The notes: a model not told the origin generated them from the letters alone. A stretch of DNA of 64,000 nt from an uncultured bacterium (GCA_963696395.1 CAVOJZ010000002.1:70433-134432); one strand, 5' to 3'. Positions 9,090 to 18,506 are shown, counted from the stretch's first letter. Translations and numbers: made by a program.

Positions 9090-11399
9090 CTACTTTTTCG
9101 CCTTTGATTGGCTGGCTGCTTTCGGAACCGTGATCTCGCTCGGCGAGGGCGGGACCAGGCTCGAAGAAGCAGAATTTTGTACACTTTGGCCGGCCTGCAG
9201 GTTGGCGATGGCGTTCGCGATATCCTGATTGCCCGGATTAAGAGTTTGGACCGCCTGGAATTGTTCGAGCGCCTGGGCTGTCATACCTTTTTGCGCATAA
9301 ATGGTGCCGAGGTAATATCTGGCGTTCGCATAATCCGCATCAAGAATGATGGCGACCTGGAATTCTTCCTGCGCCTGGTCAACCTGATTGTTTTGGAGAT
9401 AGAGGTAACCAAGCTCGAACGCCACGCCGGGATCCAGCGGATTTTGCTGTTTCAATTCCTGAACCTTTGCGATTGCCTGCGAGATATTCCCCTCTTTCAA
9501 ATAAAGTTGAACCAGTAAGACGCGCGGGTCCGAATAATCGCTCTTGAGCGATATCGCTTTCTGGAGAAAAATCTCAGCATTACTCCATGCCGCCTGACGC
9601 GCAACATCGTTTGAGGCATCGGAAGAAAGAAGATTCGCAGACTCCATGTATGTTCGCCCGAGCGCAAGGTCCCACTCGGGGTTCTGAGGATCGAGGGCGG
9701 CGGCGTTCGAATAGCTTTGCTCGGCAAGCTGATCGGCACCGTTTACGACGGGCATGATGGATTCATATACCGAGCCGAGATTCCCCCAATTCACCGGATC
9801 ACGAGGAGACGTAACCGTAGCGCTCTGTGCCGCCTCAACTGCATTTGCAATGATCGGAGCGAGTTGCTGGGTGTTTGATTGATTGCCGGCAGAAGCAACC
9901 TGTTGGGCTTCCTGCAAAAGGATATTCGATGCGCCTCGCAGATATTCATCGTTCTTATCAAAACCGAGCGCTGCGCTCACTTTAGCCAAAGCTCCAGATG
10001 TGTTCCCGGACGCGGCGAGGCTATTTGCCTGTCCGAAATCAACTGCGGCGGCGTATTGCTCTCCGCCGCTGTAAGCAACTGCAAGCGAACCCGCCGCGCA
10101 AAGCATGATAATAATAGAAATCGTAAATGATACGCCACGCGAGAAATGTTGGAACGACAACTCGCGCCGCGATTCAGCTCCGAGGAAAAGGCCGATGAAC
10201 ATAAAAATAATCACGAGTTCCGCGAAAAACGCCGGATAGACGACGAGCATGGCAATAAGAAAAACGACCAGGGAGAGCACCATCGCCAAGTCGGCTTCGA
10301 GAAATTCAATTTTTAAAGCCCAATGCGCGACGATCGCGATCAGTAAAAAGAACAGGAAGAAGCCCAGGAGGCCGCCGGTTGCGAGCAGAGTGATCAAAAA
10401 GCTATAGCCTTGGGCAATGGGAGACGTATGAAATCCGGAAAAATCCAGGGAGAACGTCGCAGGACCACTTCCCGTAAGAATCCTCCACCCGTGCATCGCG
10501 GTTTGAACGGCTGCCGCAGTGGCGGACAGATCCGGACGGACATCCGGCGAAATTTTTGTGAACATCGGAAGGCGCGGACCGATCAGAGCGAAGAAGAGTG
10601 CGAGCACGATCACGACAAATGCATAGCGGAATTGTTGTTTCGGCTCAAGCCGCAAGGCCGCAAGAACAATCATGGCAACCGCGAGGGAAAGCCATAAAAA
10701 TTCCATATTCAGGAAGAAGAGCACAATGACGGCAACCGCAGCGGCTGAGAAAAATATTCTCTTTTGATTGATCGAAAGAGATTCCAGGTCAGCGCCTGCC
10801 AGTGCCGCAATGCCACCCACAAGCAAAATCCCCCACTCGGTAAACGATCCGACCGGGCTTTGTAGTGCGATGAGGCCGAAGATTCCAAGAAGGCTGATTA
10901 CCGAAGCGATCGCCAGTCCCGCCGCCATAAATCCGCCCGCTTTTGCAATGTCAGCCCGCCGAAAGAAAAAGAATGAAAGGTAGAAAATGCCTGCGACGAT
11001 TGCGATCCCCAGGAACGAATCCGGGCTGGTAAAATGGCCGTACAAACTTTGATACCTGTCCATTGAAAAGTACGCACTTATTCCTTCGATCGCGATAAAG
11101 AAAATGAGAATAAATGAAAACCACGATCGTGGATATTCGATTTTCCGCTCTTCAAACAAACAACCAAGAAAACAAACGAAAGCGATGAGCGAAAGGAGCC
11201 CGATCATCATTAACTTGTTCGTCCCCACAGGATCTTCTGTGGCGGGAAGGAAAAACAATGGGGCGAGGAATGCGATAAGAAAAAGGCATGTCCGTCCTGC
11301 TGTTCTCATATACTTGGTCCGCGTATGGGCATGCGGACGCGGAACCGGAAGCGATCCTCCGTAAACTTCAACTTCCTCGATCTCGATTCTTTCTCTCAT
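9090..11399 (-). CDS. Polytopic membrane protein (Wzy/O-antigen-ligase-like) with C-terminal TPR repeats
   Basis: At least 10 hydrophobic helices in the N-terminal 450 aa; C-terminal TPR-like repeats (AFELGYLYLQNNQVDQAQEEFQVAI, ARYYLGTIYAQKGMTAQALEQFQAV). Wzy_C similarity is inferred from this architecture only. Confidence 0.45.
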   Translation of the reverse strand: MRERIEIEEVEVYGGSLPVPRPHAHTRTKYMRTAGRTCLFLIAFLAPLFFLPATEDPVGTNKLMMIGLLSLIAFVCFLGCLFEERKIEYPRSWFSFILIFFIAIEGISAYFSMDRYQSLYGHFTSPDSFLGIAIVAGIFYLSFFFFRRADIAKAGGFMAAGLAIASVISLLGIFGLIALQSPVGSFTEWGILLVGGIAALAGADLESLSINQKRIFFSAAAVAVIVLFFLNMEFLWLSLAVAMIVLAALRLEPKQQFRYAFVVIVLALFFALIGPRLPMFTKISPDVRPDLSATAAAVQTAMHGWRILTGSGPATFSLDFSGFHTSPIAQGYSFLITLLATGGLLGFFLFFLLIAIVAHWALKIEFLEADLAMVLSLVVFLIAMLVVYPAFFAELVIIFMFIGLFLGAESRRELSFQHFSRGVSFTISIIIMLCAAGSLAVAYSGGEQYAAAVDFGQANSLAASGNTSGALAKVSAALGFDKNDEYLRGASNILLQEAQQVASAGNQSNTQQLAPIIANAVEAAQSATVTSPRDPVNWGNLGSVYESIMPVVNGADQLAEQSYSNAAALDPQNPEWDLALGRTYMESANLLSSDASNDVARQAAWSNAEIFLQKAISLKSDYSDPRVLLVQLYLKEGNISQAIAKVQELKQQNPLDPGVAFELGYLYLQNNQVDQAQEEFQVAIILDADYANARYYLGTIYAQKGMTAQALEQFQAVQTLNPGNQDIANAIANLQAGQSVQNSASSSLVPPSPSEITVPKAASQSKAKK

Positions 11400-11411
11400 T
11401 GATTCGCCATA

Positions 11412-14400
11412 TTAGTCGCCGGACGGAGCTGAATCCTGTGTTGGTGCCGGAGTTGCGGCCGGAGCTGGAGTTGAAGCGGGCGTGGGCGCTGGTGCCACTG
11501 GAGCCGGAGCTTGAGTCGAATCTGAAGTTGAATCTGTGGTTGAGCCTGTCGTTGGATCCGGTGTCGGAGCCGGAGCCTGCACGGTCGTTGAAGCAACATC
11601 CGTCGGAGGAGCAACGTCACCGCTCGTCGAGGAAGCGTCGGTCGAAGAAGAATTGCTTGGCGGAGTTAGATCGGTGCTTGAAGCGGCAGGGGTGCCACCA
11701 CCATTATCTCCACCACCGCTATCCGGCGGTGTTACCGGTGGCGGAACGATCGTGGTGCCGGAACCGCTGCCACCGCCAGAACCCGAATTGGTTCCGCTTG
11801 CGATGCGCAGAAGCGCGCCGAGCTGGTCGCTATTGATACAAACATTTTGCACGCAAAGCACATTGGTCGTCACCGTCTGCGCAACAATTCCCTTGAGCGT
11901 GGCGACGCCATTCGTAATAACAACGCCGAGATTTGAAAGCGCAGTCTGAATATATTGCGTTATTTGTTCAATCGACATCTGCGGACCGCCGGGGGCCAAT
12001 CCAACCGGCGTCCATGGCGACGAAGAAGATCCGTTCGTGACATTGCCGGGCGCCCAGTGCGGGTTTATGAAAACCAGAATTTCAGGGGTTGTGGTTGCAA
12101 GCGGATCATCGGGGCCGCTGTAGGCCTGGAGCGCCTCCCCGATCACGGTTCCGGGACCGGTGGCGAGAACCGCAACTCCGGGGTTAATAATAGAGGCGGC
12201 GAGAAGATCCCCCGGCACGATTGGTCCGTTTGCCGCAGAAATCTTAACCGGCACACGACCGGCAAGCGCAACTACCGCTTCCGTTGAAGTGGTCAATTCA
12301 TCGTTCGCTCCGGCAAGATACGTATTGCCATTGTCAAAAACGAGGCCAGGATTTGTGGAAACGACACCGATCACAGTTTCACCATCGCCGCCTCGCGATT
12401 TTTGGAGTGCAACGACGGTTGATGTTGCACTGGAAGAAGTTGCATCAATTGGAATGGCGACGATGTCACCGGCCTCGGTCGGCTCGCGGGTTGGGTATGA
12501 TTCGGCAAGGTCCATGTTACATGAGCCGCTCGAAGTGCTGTTGAAACCTCCGCTTGAAAGACATTGACCCAGAAAACCTCCGGTCGCTTGAATAGTTCCG
12601 GAAGCGCTTAACGCAAAGCCCGGAGTTGTTGTCCCGATGCCGATATTCCCCGTTGAACTGGAATAGAAAAGTGTAGACGTGGCGGATAGCGTACTTGTCG
12701 ATGTGAAAAACGGGAAGTAAAAGTTTGAGCTGGTTGCCGCTGTGCCGACGCCGCCAATAATGCCGGTCACGACGGTGGTCGTTCCCGCAACCAATGTGGT
12801 TTGCACCGAGTTAACTGTTGAAGATTCCGCCGTCGTTGCGCCGTCACGAAGATCAACCTCAAGAGTCTGGTTAACGGTTGAGTCAACGGTGCTTACGCCG
12901 CCGCTTGCCGTTGAAGAACCCGACGCTCCAGTACCTGCTCCTATATTTACAGCAAGTGCACCGATCTGGTTATTGGTGGTGGCAGAAGCATTCGACAGAT
13001 AGAACGTCGCATTCCAACCCGTTTTGTTTCCTGAAGCAGGGAGAGTGTTGCTTGTTGAACTTGAAAGCAGTTGGCCGCCGTAATACACGAGCCAACTGAG
13101 AGGATGCGTTGTCGGCACTAATACCGTACCAAACAGATCCACGCGAATATATGCGCCCGCCGTGCCGAGCGTATTTCCAGGAACGGTATATTTATAGACC
13201 GACGTGCTCGCAACCGTTCCCTGAACCATCACGACCGTCGTCGTTGCATCAAGTTGTTTTGAATATGAAATGGTGCTTGTCGTGAAGCTTATCCCGCTGC
13301 TCAGGTAACCTCCTCCTCCGCCACCACCGGTAGCGGTCAATGTGCCGGCACTGAGCGATAACCCCGAGCCGATGCCTAATGCCCCAACGAGTCCGTTCGA
13401 ACTCGCATATAAAATTGAAGCTGTTGGCGTCCCGATGGTAAGTGCACCGGAGCTTGCCACATTGAATATTGTTGATGAGTTATTTTGAAATGTAAGATAC
13501 GAGCCGTTGAATCCTGGCCCGGTATTGATGCCGATGTACGTGCCGGAACCGTTGGCAAGATTTTGCGTGCTCGAACCAAGCGAAAGAAGCGCGGTACTCG
13601 TGCTCTGTAGGGGCCCGCCAAGAATCGATATTGCCTTATCCCATCCTGTGCCAATTTGAATGCCAGTTTCCGTTCCGGGCCCTGGATTCGCCAGGGAATC
13701 TATTTTTATTCCGTTTTCATTCACTCCCGCCGCCGTCGTGCTTTGGGAAACAATACGCAATCCGCTCCAGGTACCGGAGGCACCGGGTGCAATATCAATA
13801 CGCTCTGCGGCGGACTCAATCCCGCCAGTGCCAGCGCCCCCGACGTAAAAAACGGATAGCGCGTTCACGCCGGCGGTATTCACGGCCGTTGCTGATGCGT
13901 TTGCGATGTGGAATAAATCCTGCGTCGGAACGGCGGTCGCAAAAATATTCGACGAGGTGGCTCCATTTTCATTAATGTCCATTGCTCCGCTTGAGGCTAC
14001 TGAAAACAATGTACTTGAATTATTTTGGAATGCTGCATAAAGACCATTGAATCCTGCGCCGGTGTTGATGCCAATGTACGTGCCGGAACCGTTGGCAAGA
14101 TTTTGCGTACTTGAACCAAGCGAGAGGAGCGCTGTGCTTGTGCTAAAAGTCGGCGCACCATCAAGGGAGAGATATCCGGATCCCGTGTAGTTAGTCGAAG
14201 AAACGCTGCCGATCAGAAGGTTTCCTGTTCCCGTGGCGTTAATGAATGACAGGCCTGTCGAAGAAACGGCGTTGGCTGTTATAGTCCCTACAACCTGAAG
14301 GGCAGAAGATGGCTGCGAGGTTCCGATGCCCACCGCGCCGCTACTGAGGACTGAAAAAATCGGGCTTGTGCTTGCGATATAGAGAAACGAATTGGCAAGG

Positions 14401-14903
14401 CTGGTCGAGGTTCCTTCTGTAACACTCCCGGAGGTTGCCACCTGAAAGATATCTGTTCCGTTGGGATATTCAACGCCAAAACTTCCAATAACATCTTCCG
14501 TCTCCGGAGATAGATCGGCAGCAGACGTTGCTCCGACAAGCAGGTTCCCGCCGATTTGGAATGTTGATGATGCGGCGTTCCAATACAGGCTTGATGTATT
14601 GGCCGAAACGGTTCCGCTCGTATCATTCATGTAGAGAACACCACCCATCGGCAATGTTGTAGTTGAAAAAAGAGGCGGCAAAACCGTGCAATTAGTGTCT
14701 GTGGGCGCGCAAGAAGGGTTAAGCGTCTCTCCGGGCGTAAAGGGACTCGTCGGAGGGTCGGCAAATGCTTTCATGGTGAAGGAAAGCAAGAGATATACCC
14801 CAAAAATTACTGCGCAAATGCCCAAAAACCGACCCCTTCCGTTGCGCGTGGTTTGTTCGGAAATCATTGGTAAAGTAAGGAAACTTTGCGCATGAAGACG
14901 CAA
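11412..14903 (-). CDS. Giant (about 1160 aa) Thr/Ser/Gly-rich secreted protein with internal tandem repeats and Pro/Thr-rich C-terminal tail
   Basis: N-terminal signal anchor (FLGICAVIFGVYLLLSF); two copies of an approximately 175-aa repeat (TSTALLSLGSSTQNLANGSGTYIGINTG...); low-complexity C-terminal tail PAPTPDPTTGSTTDSTSDSTQAPAPVAPAPTPASTPAPAATPAPT. Confidence 0.55.
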   Translation of the reverse strand: MRLHAQSFLTLPMISEQTTRNGRGRFLGICAVIFGVYLLLSFTMKAFADPPTSPFTPGETLNPSCAPTDTNCTVLPPLFSTTTLPMGGVLYMNDTSGTVSANTSSLYWNAASSTFQIGGNLLVGATSAADLSPETEDVIGSFGVEYPNGTDIFQVATSGSVTEGTSTSLANSFLYIASTSPIFSVLSSGAVGIGTSQPSSALQVVGTITANAVSSTGLSFINATGTGNLLIGSVSSTNYTGSGYLSLDGAPTFSTSTALLSLGSSTQNLANGSGTYIGINTGAGFNGLYAAFQNNSSTLFSVASSGAMDINENGATSSNIFATAVPTQDLFHIANASATAVNTAGVNALSVFYVGGAGTGGIESAAERIDIAPGASGTWSGLRIVSQSTTAAGVNENGIKIDSLANPGPGTETGIQIGTGWDKAISILGGPLQSTSTALLSLGSSTQNLANGSGTYIGINTGPGFNGSYLTFQNNSSTIFNVASSGALTIGTPTASILYASSNGLVGALGIGSGLSLSAGTLTATGGGGGGGYLSSGISFTTSTISYSKQLDATTTVVMVQGTVASTSVYKYTVPGNTLGTAGAYIRVDLFGTVLVPTTHPLSWLVYYGGQLLSSSTSNTLPASGNKTGWNATFYLSNASATTNNQIGALAVNIGAGTGASGSSTASGGVSTVDSTVNQTLEVDLRDGATTAESSTVNSVQTTLVAGTTTVVTGIIGGVGTAATSSNFYFPFFTSTSTLSATSTLFYSSSTGNIGIGTTTPGFALSASGTIQATGGFLGQCLSSGGFNSTSSGSCNMDLAESYPTREPTEAGDIVAIPIDATSSSATSTVVALQKSRGGDGETVIGVVSTNPGLVFDNGNTYLAGANDELTTSTEAVVALAGRVPVKISAANGPIVPGDLLAASIINPGVAVLATGPGTVIGEALQAYSGPDDPLATTTPEILVFINPHWAPGNVTNGSSSSPWTPVGLAPGGPQMSIEQITQYIQTALSNLGVVITNGVATLKGIVAQTVTTNVLCVQNVCINSDQLGALLRIASGTNSGSGGGSGSGTTIVPPPVTPPDSGGGDNGGGTPAASSTDLTPPSNSSSTDASSTSGDVAPPTDVASTTVQAPAPTPDPTTGSTTDSTSDSTQAPAPVAPAPTPASTPAPAATPAPTQDSAPSGD
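13523..13600. repeat. Intragenic direct repeat, copy 1 (about 78 bp, roughly 90% identical to 14049..14126)
   Basis: Near-identical nucleotide run gaatcctg.gcc.gt.ttgatgcc.atgtacgtgccggaaccgttggcaagattttgcgt.ct.gaaccaagcga seen at both positions, about 526 bp apart. Confidence 0.7.
14049..14126. repeat. Intragenic direct repeat, copy 2
   Basis: See copy 1 at 13523..13600. Confidence 0.7.
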
Positions 14904-14984
14904 AAATCCTTACTCTAATTGTACCACGCGAAGAAGCCCATTTTCTGTGGAGAGCGAGCTACTGTGTACAAAAACGGAGATTTT

Positions 14985-15581
14985 TTAACTGATTTTGACG
15001 TTATCCCAGTTCACAACGTTCCACCATGCTTCGATATAATCAGGTCGCTTGTTCTGATACTTCAGATAATACGCGTGCTCCCAAACATCAAGACCAAGAA
15101 CCGGCTTTTGCATCTTCATGAGCGGGCTATCCTGGTTTGCCGTCGTTGTTATTGTAAGCTTCCCCTTTTCATCGAGCACGAGCCACGCCCAGCCCGATCC
15201 AAAAACACCCGTTGCTGCTTTATTAAATGCTTCTTTGAATGTCGCGAAGTCTTTAAAAGCGTTTTGAATCGCCTTTGCGGTCCCGCCTTTCGGCTCGCCA
15301 CCGGCATTCGGTCCCATGATCGTCCAAAAGAAGGAATGATTCATGTGTCCCCCGCCATGATTTCGCACGGCCGTCCGAATTTCCTCCGGAACCGCATCAA
15401 TATTTGCAAGGAGCTTCTCAAGCGGCTCATCCGCAATTTCAGGATGCTTCTCAAGCGCTTCATTCAGCTTTGTCACATAGGTTTGATGATGCTTTGTGTA
15501 GTGCAGTTCCATAGTCTTCGCATCAATGTATGGCTCCAGCGCATCATAAGCATACGGCAGTTTTGGCAGTTCGTATTTCAT
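14985..15581 (-). CDS. Superoxide dismutase, Fe/Mn family
   Basis: [36 protein letters not shown] ... [28 protein letters not shown]; full-length SOD_Fe N- and C-terminal signatures. Fe versus Mn specificity cannot be decided by eye. Confidence 0.9.
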   Translation of the reverse strand: MKYELPKLPYAYDALEPYIDAKTMELHYTKHHQTYVTKLNEALEKHPEIADEPLEKLLANIDAVPEEIRTAVRNHGGGHMNHSFFWTIMGPNAGGEPKGGTAKAIQNAFKDFATFKEAFNKAATGVFGSGWAWLVLDEKGKLTITTTANQDSPLMKMQKPVLGLDVWEHAYYLKYQNKRPDYIEAWWNVVNWDNVKIS

Positions 15582-15651
15582 AAATTTAAATTATTTTTCT
15601 TGCGACTCCTTTCTCTTTATAATACACTAAACGAGCTTAATTCGTTTCAAT

Positions 15652-15722
15652 TGGGGGGTCGTCTAACGGTAGGACAGCGCCCTTTGGAGGCGTTTATCGG
15701 GGTTCGAATCCCTGCCCCCCAG
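15652..15722 (+). tRNA. tRNA-Gln (anticodon UUG)
   Basis: Manual cloverleaf: 7-bp acceptor stem TGGGGGG/CCCCCCA, D-arm GTCT-AACGGTA-GGAC, anticodon stem GCGCC/GGCGT with loop CTTTGGA (UUG), T-arm CGGGG-TTCGAAT-CCCTG, discriminator G. CCA is not encoded. A possible -10 TATAAT lies at 15618..15623. Confidence 0.75.
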
Positions 15723-15804
15723 CCCTCATGTGGTTAGTCCGTGCAAACTGGGTCGCCTGATTTTATGCGGCCTCGCGAGCCGGTGTCCGAAACCAGGACG
15801 GGTC

Positions 15805-15825
15805 GACCCGACTGGGATTCGAACT
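15805..15825. repeat. tRNA-3'-end-like short repeat, copy 1 (GACCCGACTGGGATTCGAACT)
   Basis: Member of a 4-copy intergenic family with core CCCGACT[CT]GG[GA]A[AT]TCGAAC; its reverse complement resembles a tRNA T-loop/acceptor 3' half. It sits inside the palindrome GGGTCGACCC. Confidence 0.5.
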
Positions 15826-15893
15826 TGGCTCTGCGCGAATTGATTTTACAGGATTCTTGAAAAAGAATTTTCGTCGAAAAAAACCACCCGACT

Positions 15894-15915
15894 TGGAATC
15901 GAACTAAAATATCAT
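15894..15915. repeat. tRNA-3'-end-like short repeat, copy 2 (CCACCCGACTTGGAATCGAACT)
   Basis: Nearly identical to copy 3 at 17012..17036. Together they bracket the low-GC gene 15995..17017. Confidence 0.55.
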
Positions 15916-15994
15916 CTAACTTTCGTCGCAAAGATCTCGCATCACTTGAGTGATTTCAGAAGCTCTTGGACGACATTTGAACCTCCGCAGTATT

Positions 15995-17017
15995 TCACCG
16001 AGCTAGATCATCTTCCACGTTCTGCTGTAATGCTTCGAAGACAAGATCGGGCATCTTATCCTCCGCTCCATCAATCACGCCGAAGTTGCGATCCATTTCA
16101 ATTAAAAAACGATTGACGTCTATCGTCCTCTCATCGAAAGTCTTTTCATCTTTTGGTCGGAGGGCTCCTCTCTCATTTTCCTCAAAACCATAAAAATCGC
16201 TAAACCATTCCCATGGGGTAGCGTGTCCGTCGTAGAGCATATAGGCCTCCTCTTGCGTAAGCTTATCAAGAGAAACCGGATCGGCCACTATTTGTACATC
16301 TGCAATGCCAGCCGAATTCGCCCATTCTTTTAAATAGGCCGCATATTCCGTGTCCGGCTGATGGCCCCTCCCATCTTTGGAACTGACCCCTTTGTTGGGT
16401 AAATCAAAGGAGCTGGGGAAATGATCGGAAATGAGGGGCTCTACGATATACAGGCGTTTAATTTTATTCCCGCTCTTTTCCTGAGCTTTCCTGAACATGG
16501 CCGAAAACAGCCTGCCCTCCATTTCCACCTGTTGCTCATGAGAAAGCTTTCTAAAATCTGGGCTTTTCCAATCGACTCCCAACACCGCCTTTGAAGTTGT
16601 CTCATATTCCAGATCTTCAAATGTAAATTTTGGGTATTCTCCCGTCGAGCGTTCGAAAGTTTGATCGGCGATGATGTCTCCCTTGATGTCGCCCTTGAAT
16701 TTTTCGTACTCTGACCTGATCTCCTCCTCGGGGGTGCCCATCGGGAATACTCGCACATCAATATTCACCCCTCGTTGAATCAACCGGTCTTTCATTTTCT
16801 CCACGATAGGAGGAAGTGTCTTATTGTCTCGATAGATGATGGTAACACTACCATCTTTAAAGAATTCTCTGAATTTATTCTCTGTCTCAGATTGCCGAAA
16901 CTCTGGGTTAGCGTCAGTCATGGCATTTATTATTGGGGAGCAGATGAGATTAGTCAACCTTGATGTCGCTACACGCGGGCGTGGACAGAATACCGCCGCC
17001 TCGACCAATTTAACCAC
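15995..17017 (-). CDS. Hypothetical protein of lower GC than its surroundings, probable horizontally acquired cargo (likely start at the internal Met near 16921)
   Basis: Long ORF with AT-rich codon usage unlike its neighbours; two alpha/beta-looking halves (IIYRDNKTLPPIVEKMKDRLIQRGVNIDVRVF and KIKRLYIVEPLISDHFP); no TM; bracketed by direct repeats at 15894..15915 and 17012..17036. Confidence 0.45.
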   Translation of the reverse strand: MVKLVEAAVFCPRPRVATSRLTNLICSPIINAMTDANPEFRQSETENKFREFFKDGSVTIIYRDNKTLPPIVEKMKDRLIQRGVNIDVRVFPMGTPEEEIRSEYEKFKGDIKGDIIADQTFERSTGEYPKFTFEDLEYETTSKAVLGVDWKSPDFRKLSHEQQVEMEGRLFSAMFRKAQEKSGNKIKRLYIVEPLISDHFPSSFDLPNKGVSSKDGRGHQPDTEYAAYLKEWANSAGIADVQIVADPVSLDKLTQEEAYMLYDGHATPWEWFSDFYGFEENERGALRPKDEKTFDERTIDVNRFLIEMDRNFGVIDGAEDKMPDLVFEALQQNVEDDLAR

Positions 17018-17036
17018 CCGGTCTTGGAATCGAACC
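17012..17036. repeat. tRNA-3'-end-like short repeat, copy 3 (AACCACCCGGTCTTGGAATCGAACC)
   Basis: Direct repeat of copy 2; lies just upstream of the cargo gene on its coding strand. Confidence 0.55.
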
Positions 17037-17060
17037 AGAAAAAATATGTCTCGATCGCAA

Positions 17061-17092
17061 CAAAAAAGCGAGTCCTCACGAAGAGAACTCGC
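17061..17092 (-). terminator. Rho-independent terminator downstream of the MFS gene
   Basis: On the minus strand, hairpin GCGAGTTCTCTTCGTGAGGACTCGC (6+3 bp stem) followed by TTTTTT, 16 nt after the stop of ORF 17109..18380. Confidence 0.6.
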
Positions 17093-17108
17093 CTAAACCC
17101 ACAACCCA

Positions 17109-18380
17109 CTAATGTGCTTTGCCGTCTAACACGTTGATCCCTGGCAAAAATGGTATTGCCAGTGATATGACGCCAAGACAGATACCGCATAGAGAAAGTT
17201 CCAAGGGGCATCCCCAACGATTCGCGATATACCCGCCTCCGAAAGAGCCAAGCACGACTCCGCCGTAGAAGAAGGTAAACGTAAACCCCATCACGATTCC
17301 CGCTAGCTCCCCCTTTGCAAGGTGGATCGTCGAAGATCGCAGGGTTGAGAAGCTCAGCATGACGCCGAATCCCGCAATGAAAAGAAGTGCTATCGCGAGA
17401 CGTACATCACTCGTCCGCGCCAGAACGAACAAGGACGCTCCCAGAAGCGTTGTGCCGATGAGGACAAAAAGCTTGTGGGGGAACCGTTCATCGAACTTGA
17501 TGACGGTGAGCGATCCAACGAACGTTCCGATACCCGACGCTGCCGCGAGGTGGCTGTAAACGATTGGATTCCTTCCAAACATATCTCGGGCGATGACCGC
17601 AAGAATGGCATAGTAAGAGAATCCGCACGCCGACACAGCGAAGGTAAGCAGGATGCAGATGGTGATTCCCGCATCGTGGAACGTGTACCGCGCACCGCTC
17701 AGAACAAGATTCCACGTCCCCGCTTCTTCGAGTTTCGCCGAGGCAGTTCGTATCGCTTTCGGCACGAGCTTCATCTTTACTAAGGCAACGATAAGCACCA
17801 CGAACGAGAGGCTATTTAGGAGGAAGGTGAACGGATACCCGCAATACAGCACGAGGTATCCAGCAAACCCAGGGCCCGCGACTTGCGCCAGATTGTAAAG
17901 CGACGTGAACCACTTCGAGGCTGGCCGCACGTTGTGCTCGTGGAGCACTGCATCTTTCACAATTACGTTGCGTCCTGGACCGTCAATCGCGTTCACGATG
18001 CCCATCAAGGCCGCCAAACCGATGACTTCATGAACGGTGATTCGGTTGGCGTATGTGAGGAGCGCAAGAACCGCCGATTGAGCAGTTCCGAGCAATCCGG
18101 TTGCAATGAGGATGCGCTTCTTACAGAAACGATCCAGGAGAATACCTGCAAATGGTCCGAGAAAAACTCCCGGAAGTAGGTTGAGTGCCGCAACGACACC
18201 CACCCAGTATGCGGCATCCACCTTGCCGGTAAGCTTGATGATGAGCAGTGACAAAACGGCCGCTTGCAGCATTGACCCCGTGAGGGAGACAAGCTGTCCC
18301 CCGAGATACCACCGCATGTTCCGTTCGCCAAAAACTCCTACTTTCGGAGCTTGCGGCGATCCAAGCGTCATAGCTGCCAT
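17109..18380 (-). CDS. MFS transporter (12 TM; EntS/macrolide-efflux-like)
   Basis: Twelve hydrophobic segments and an MFS-style loop 2-3 (GPFAGILLDRFCKKR). Confidence 0.7.
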   Translation of the reverse strand: MAAMTLGSPQAPKVGVFGERNMRWYLGGQLVSLTGSMLQAAVLSLLIIKLTGKVDAAYWVGVVAALNLLPGVFLGPFAGILLDRFCKKRILIATGLLGTAQSAVLALLTYANRITVHEVIGLAALMGIVNAIDGPGRNVIVKDAVLHEHNVRPASKWFTSLYNLAQVAGPGFAGYLVLYCGYPFTFLLNSLSFVVLIVALVKMKLVPKAIRTASAKLEEAGTWNLVLSGARYTFHDAGITICILLTFAVSACGFSYYAILAVIARDMFGRNPIVYSHLAAASGIGTFVGSLTVIKFDERFPHKLFVLIGTTLLGASLFVLARTSDVRLAIALLFIAGFGVMLSFSTLRSSTIHLAKGELAGIVMGFTFTFFYGGVVLGSFGGGYIANRWGCPLELSLCGICLGVISLAIPFLPGINVLDGKAH

Positions 18381-18484
18381 GTCAAAGAACCTTTCTGCAG
18401 GAAAATTTCCTGCCGTTAATTCCCGGCCCTCATGATAACATGAAAATTATTTATTGTAAAGAAATTACGGGCCTTTCGAGGAAG

Positions 18485-18506
18485 AAACAATGATGACCCG
18501 ACTCGG
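18485..18506. repeat. tRNA-3'-end-like short repeat, copy 4 (TGACCCGACTCGGAATCGAACC)
   Basis: Same core motif; lies inside a potential hairpin CCCGAC...GTCGGG. Confidence 0.5.

Noticed and set aside
11288-11949. 182-aa and 137-aa plus-strand ORFs overlapping the 3' end of the giant gene
   Set aside because: Antisense reading of the Pro/Thr/Ala low-complexity tail; repetitive LRPELEL-type translation is an artefact.
14919-15737. 272-aa plus-strand ORF
   Set aside because: It lies entirely antisense to the well-supported superoxide dismutase gene and runs through the tRNA-Gln; Cys/Arg-rich junk composition.
15805-18506. Interpretation of the four T-loop-like repeats as intact minus-strand tRNA genes
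   Set aside because: For each copy the T-stem cannot be paired (for example GAAGG versus CCGAG), and no complementary 5' acceptor strand, D-arm or anticodon arm is present within 90 nt. They are kept as repeats or tRNA-derived fragments instead.
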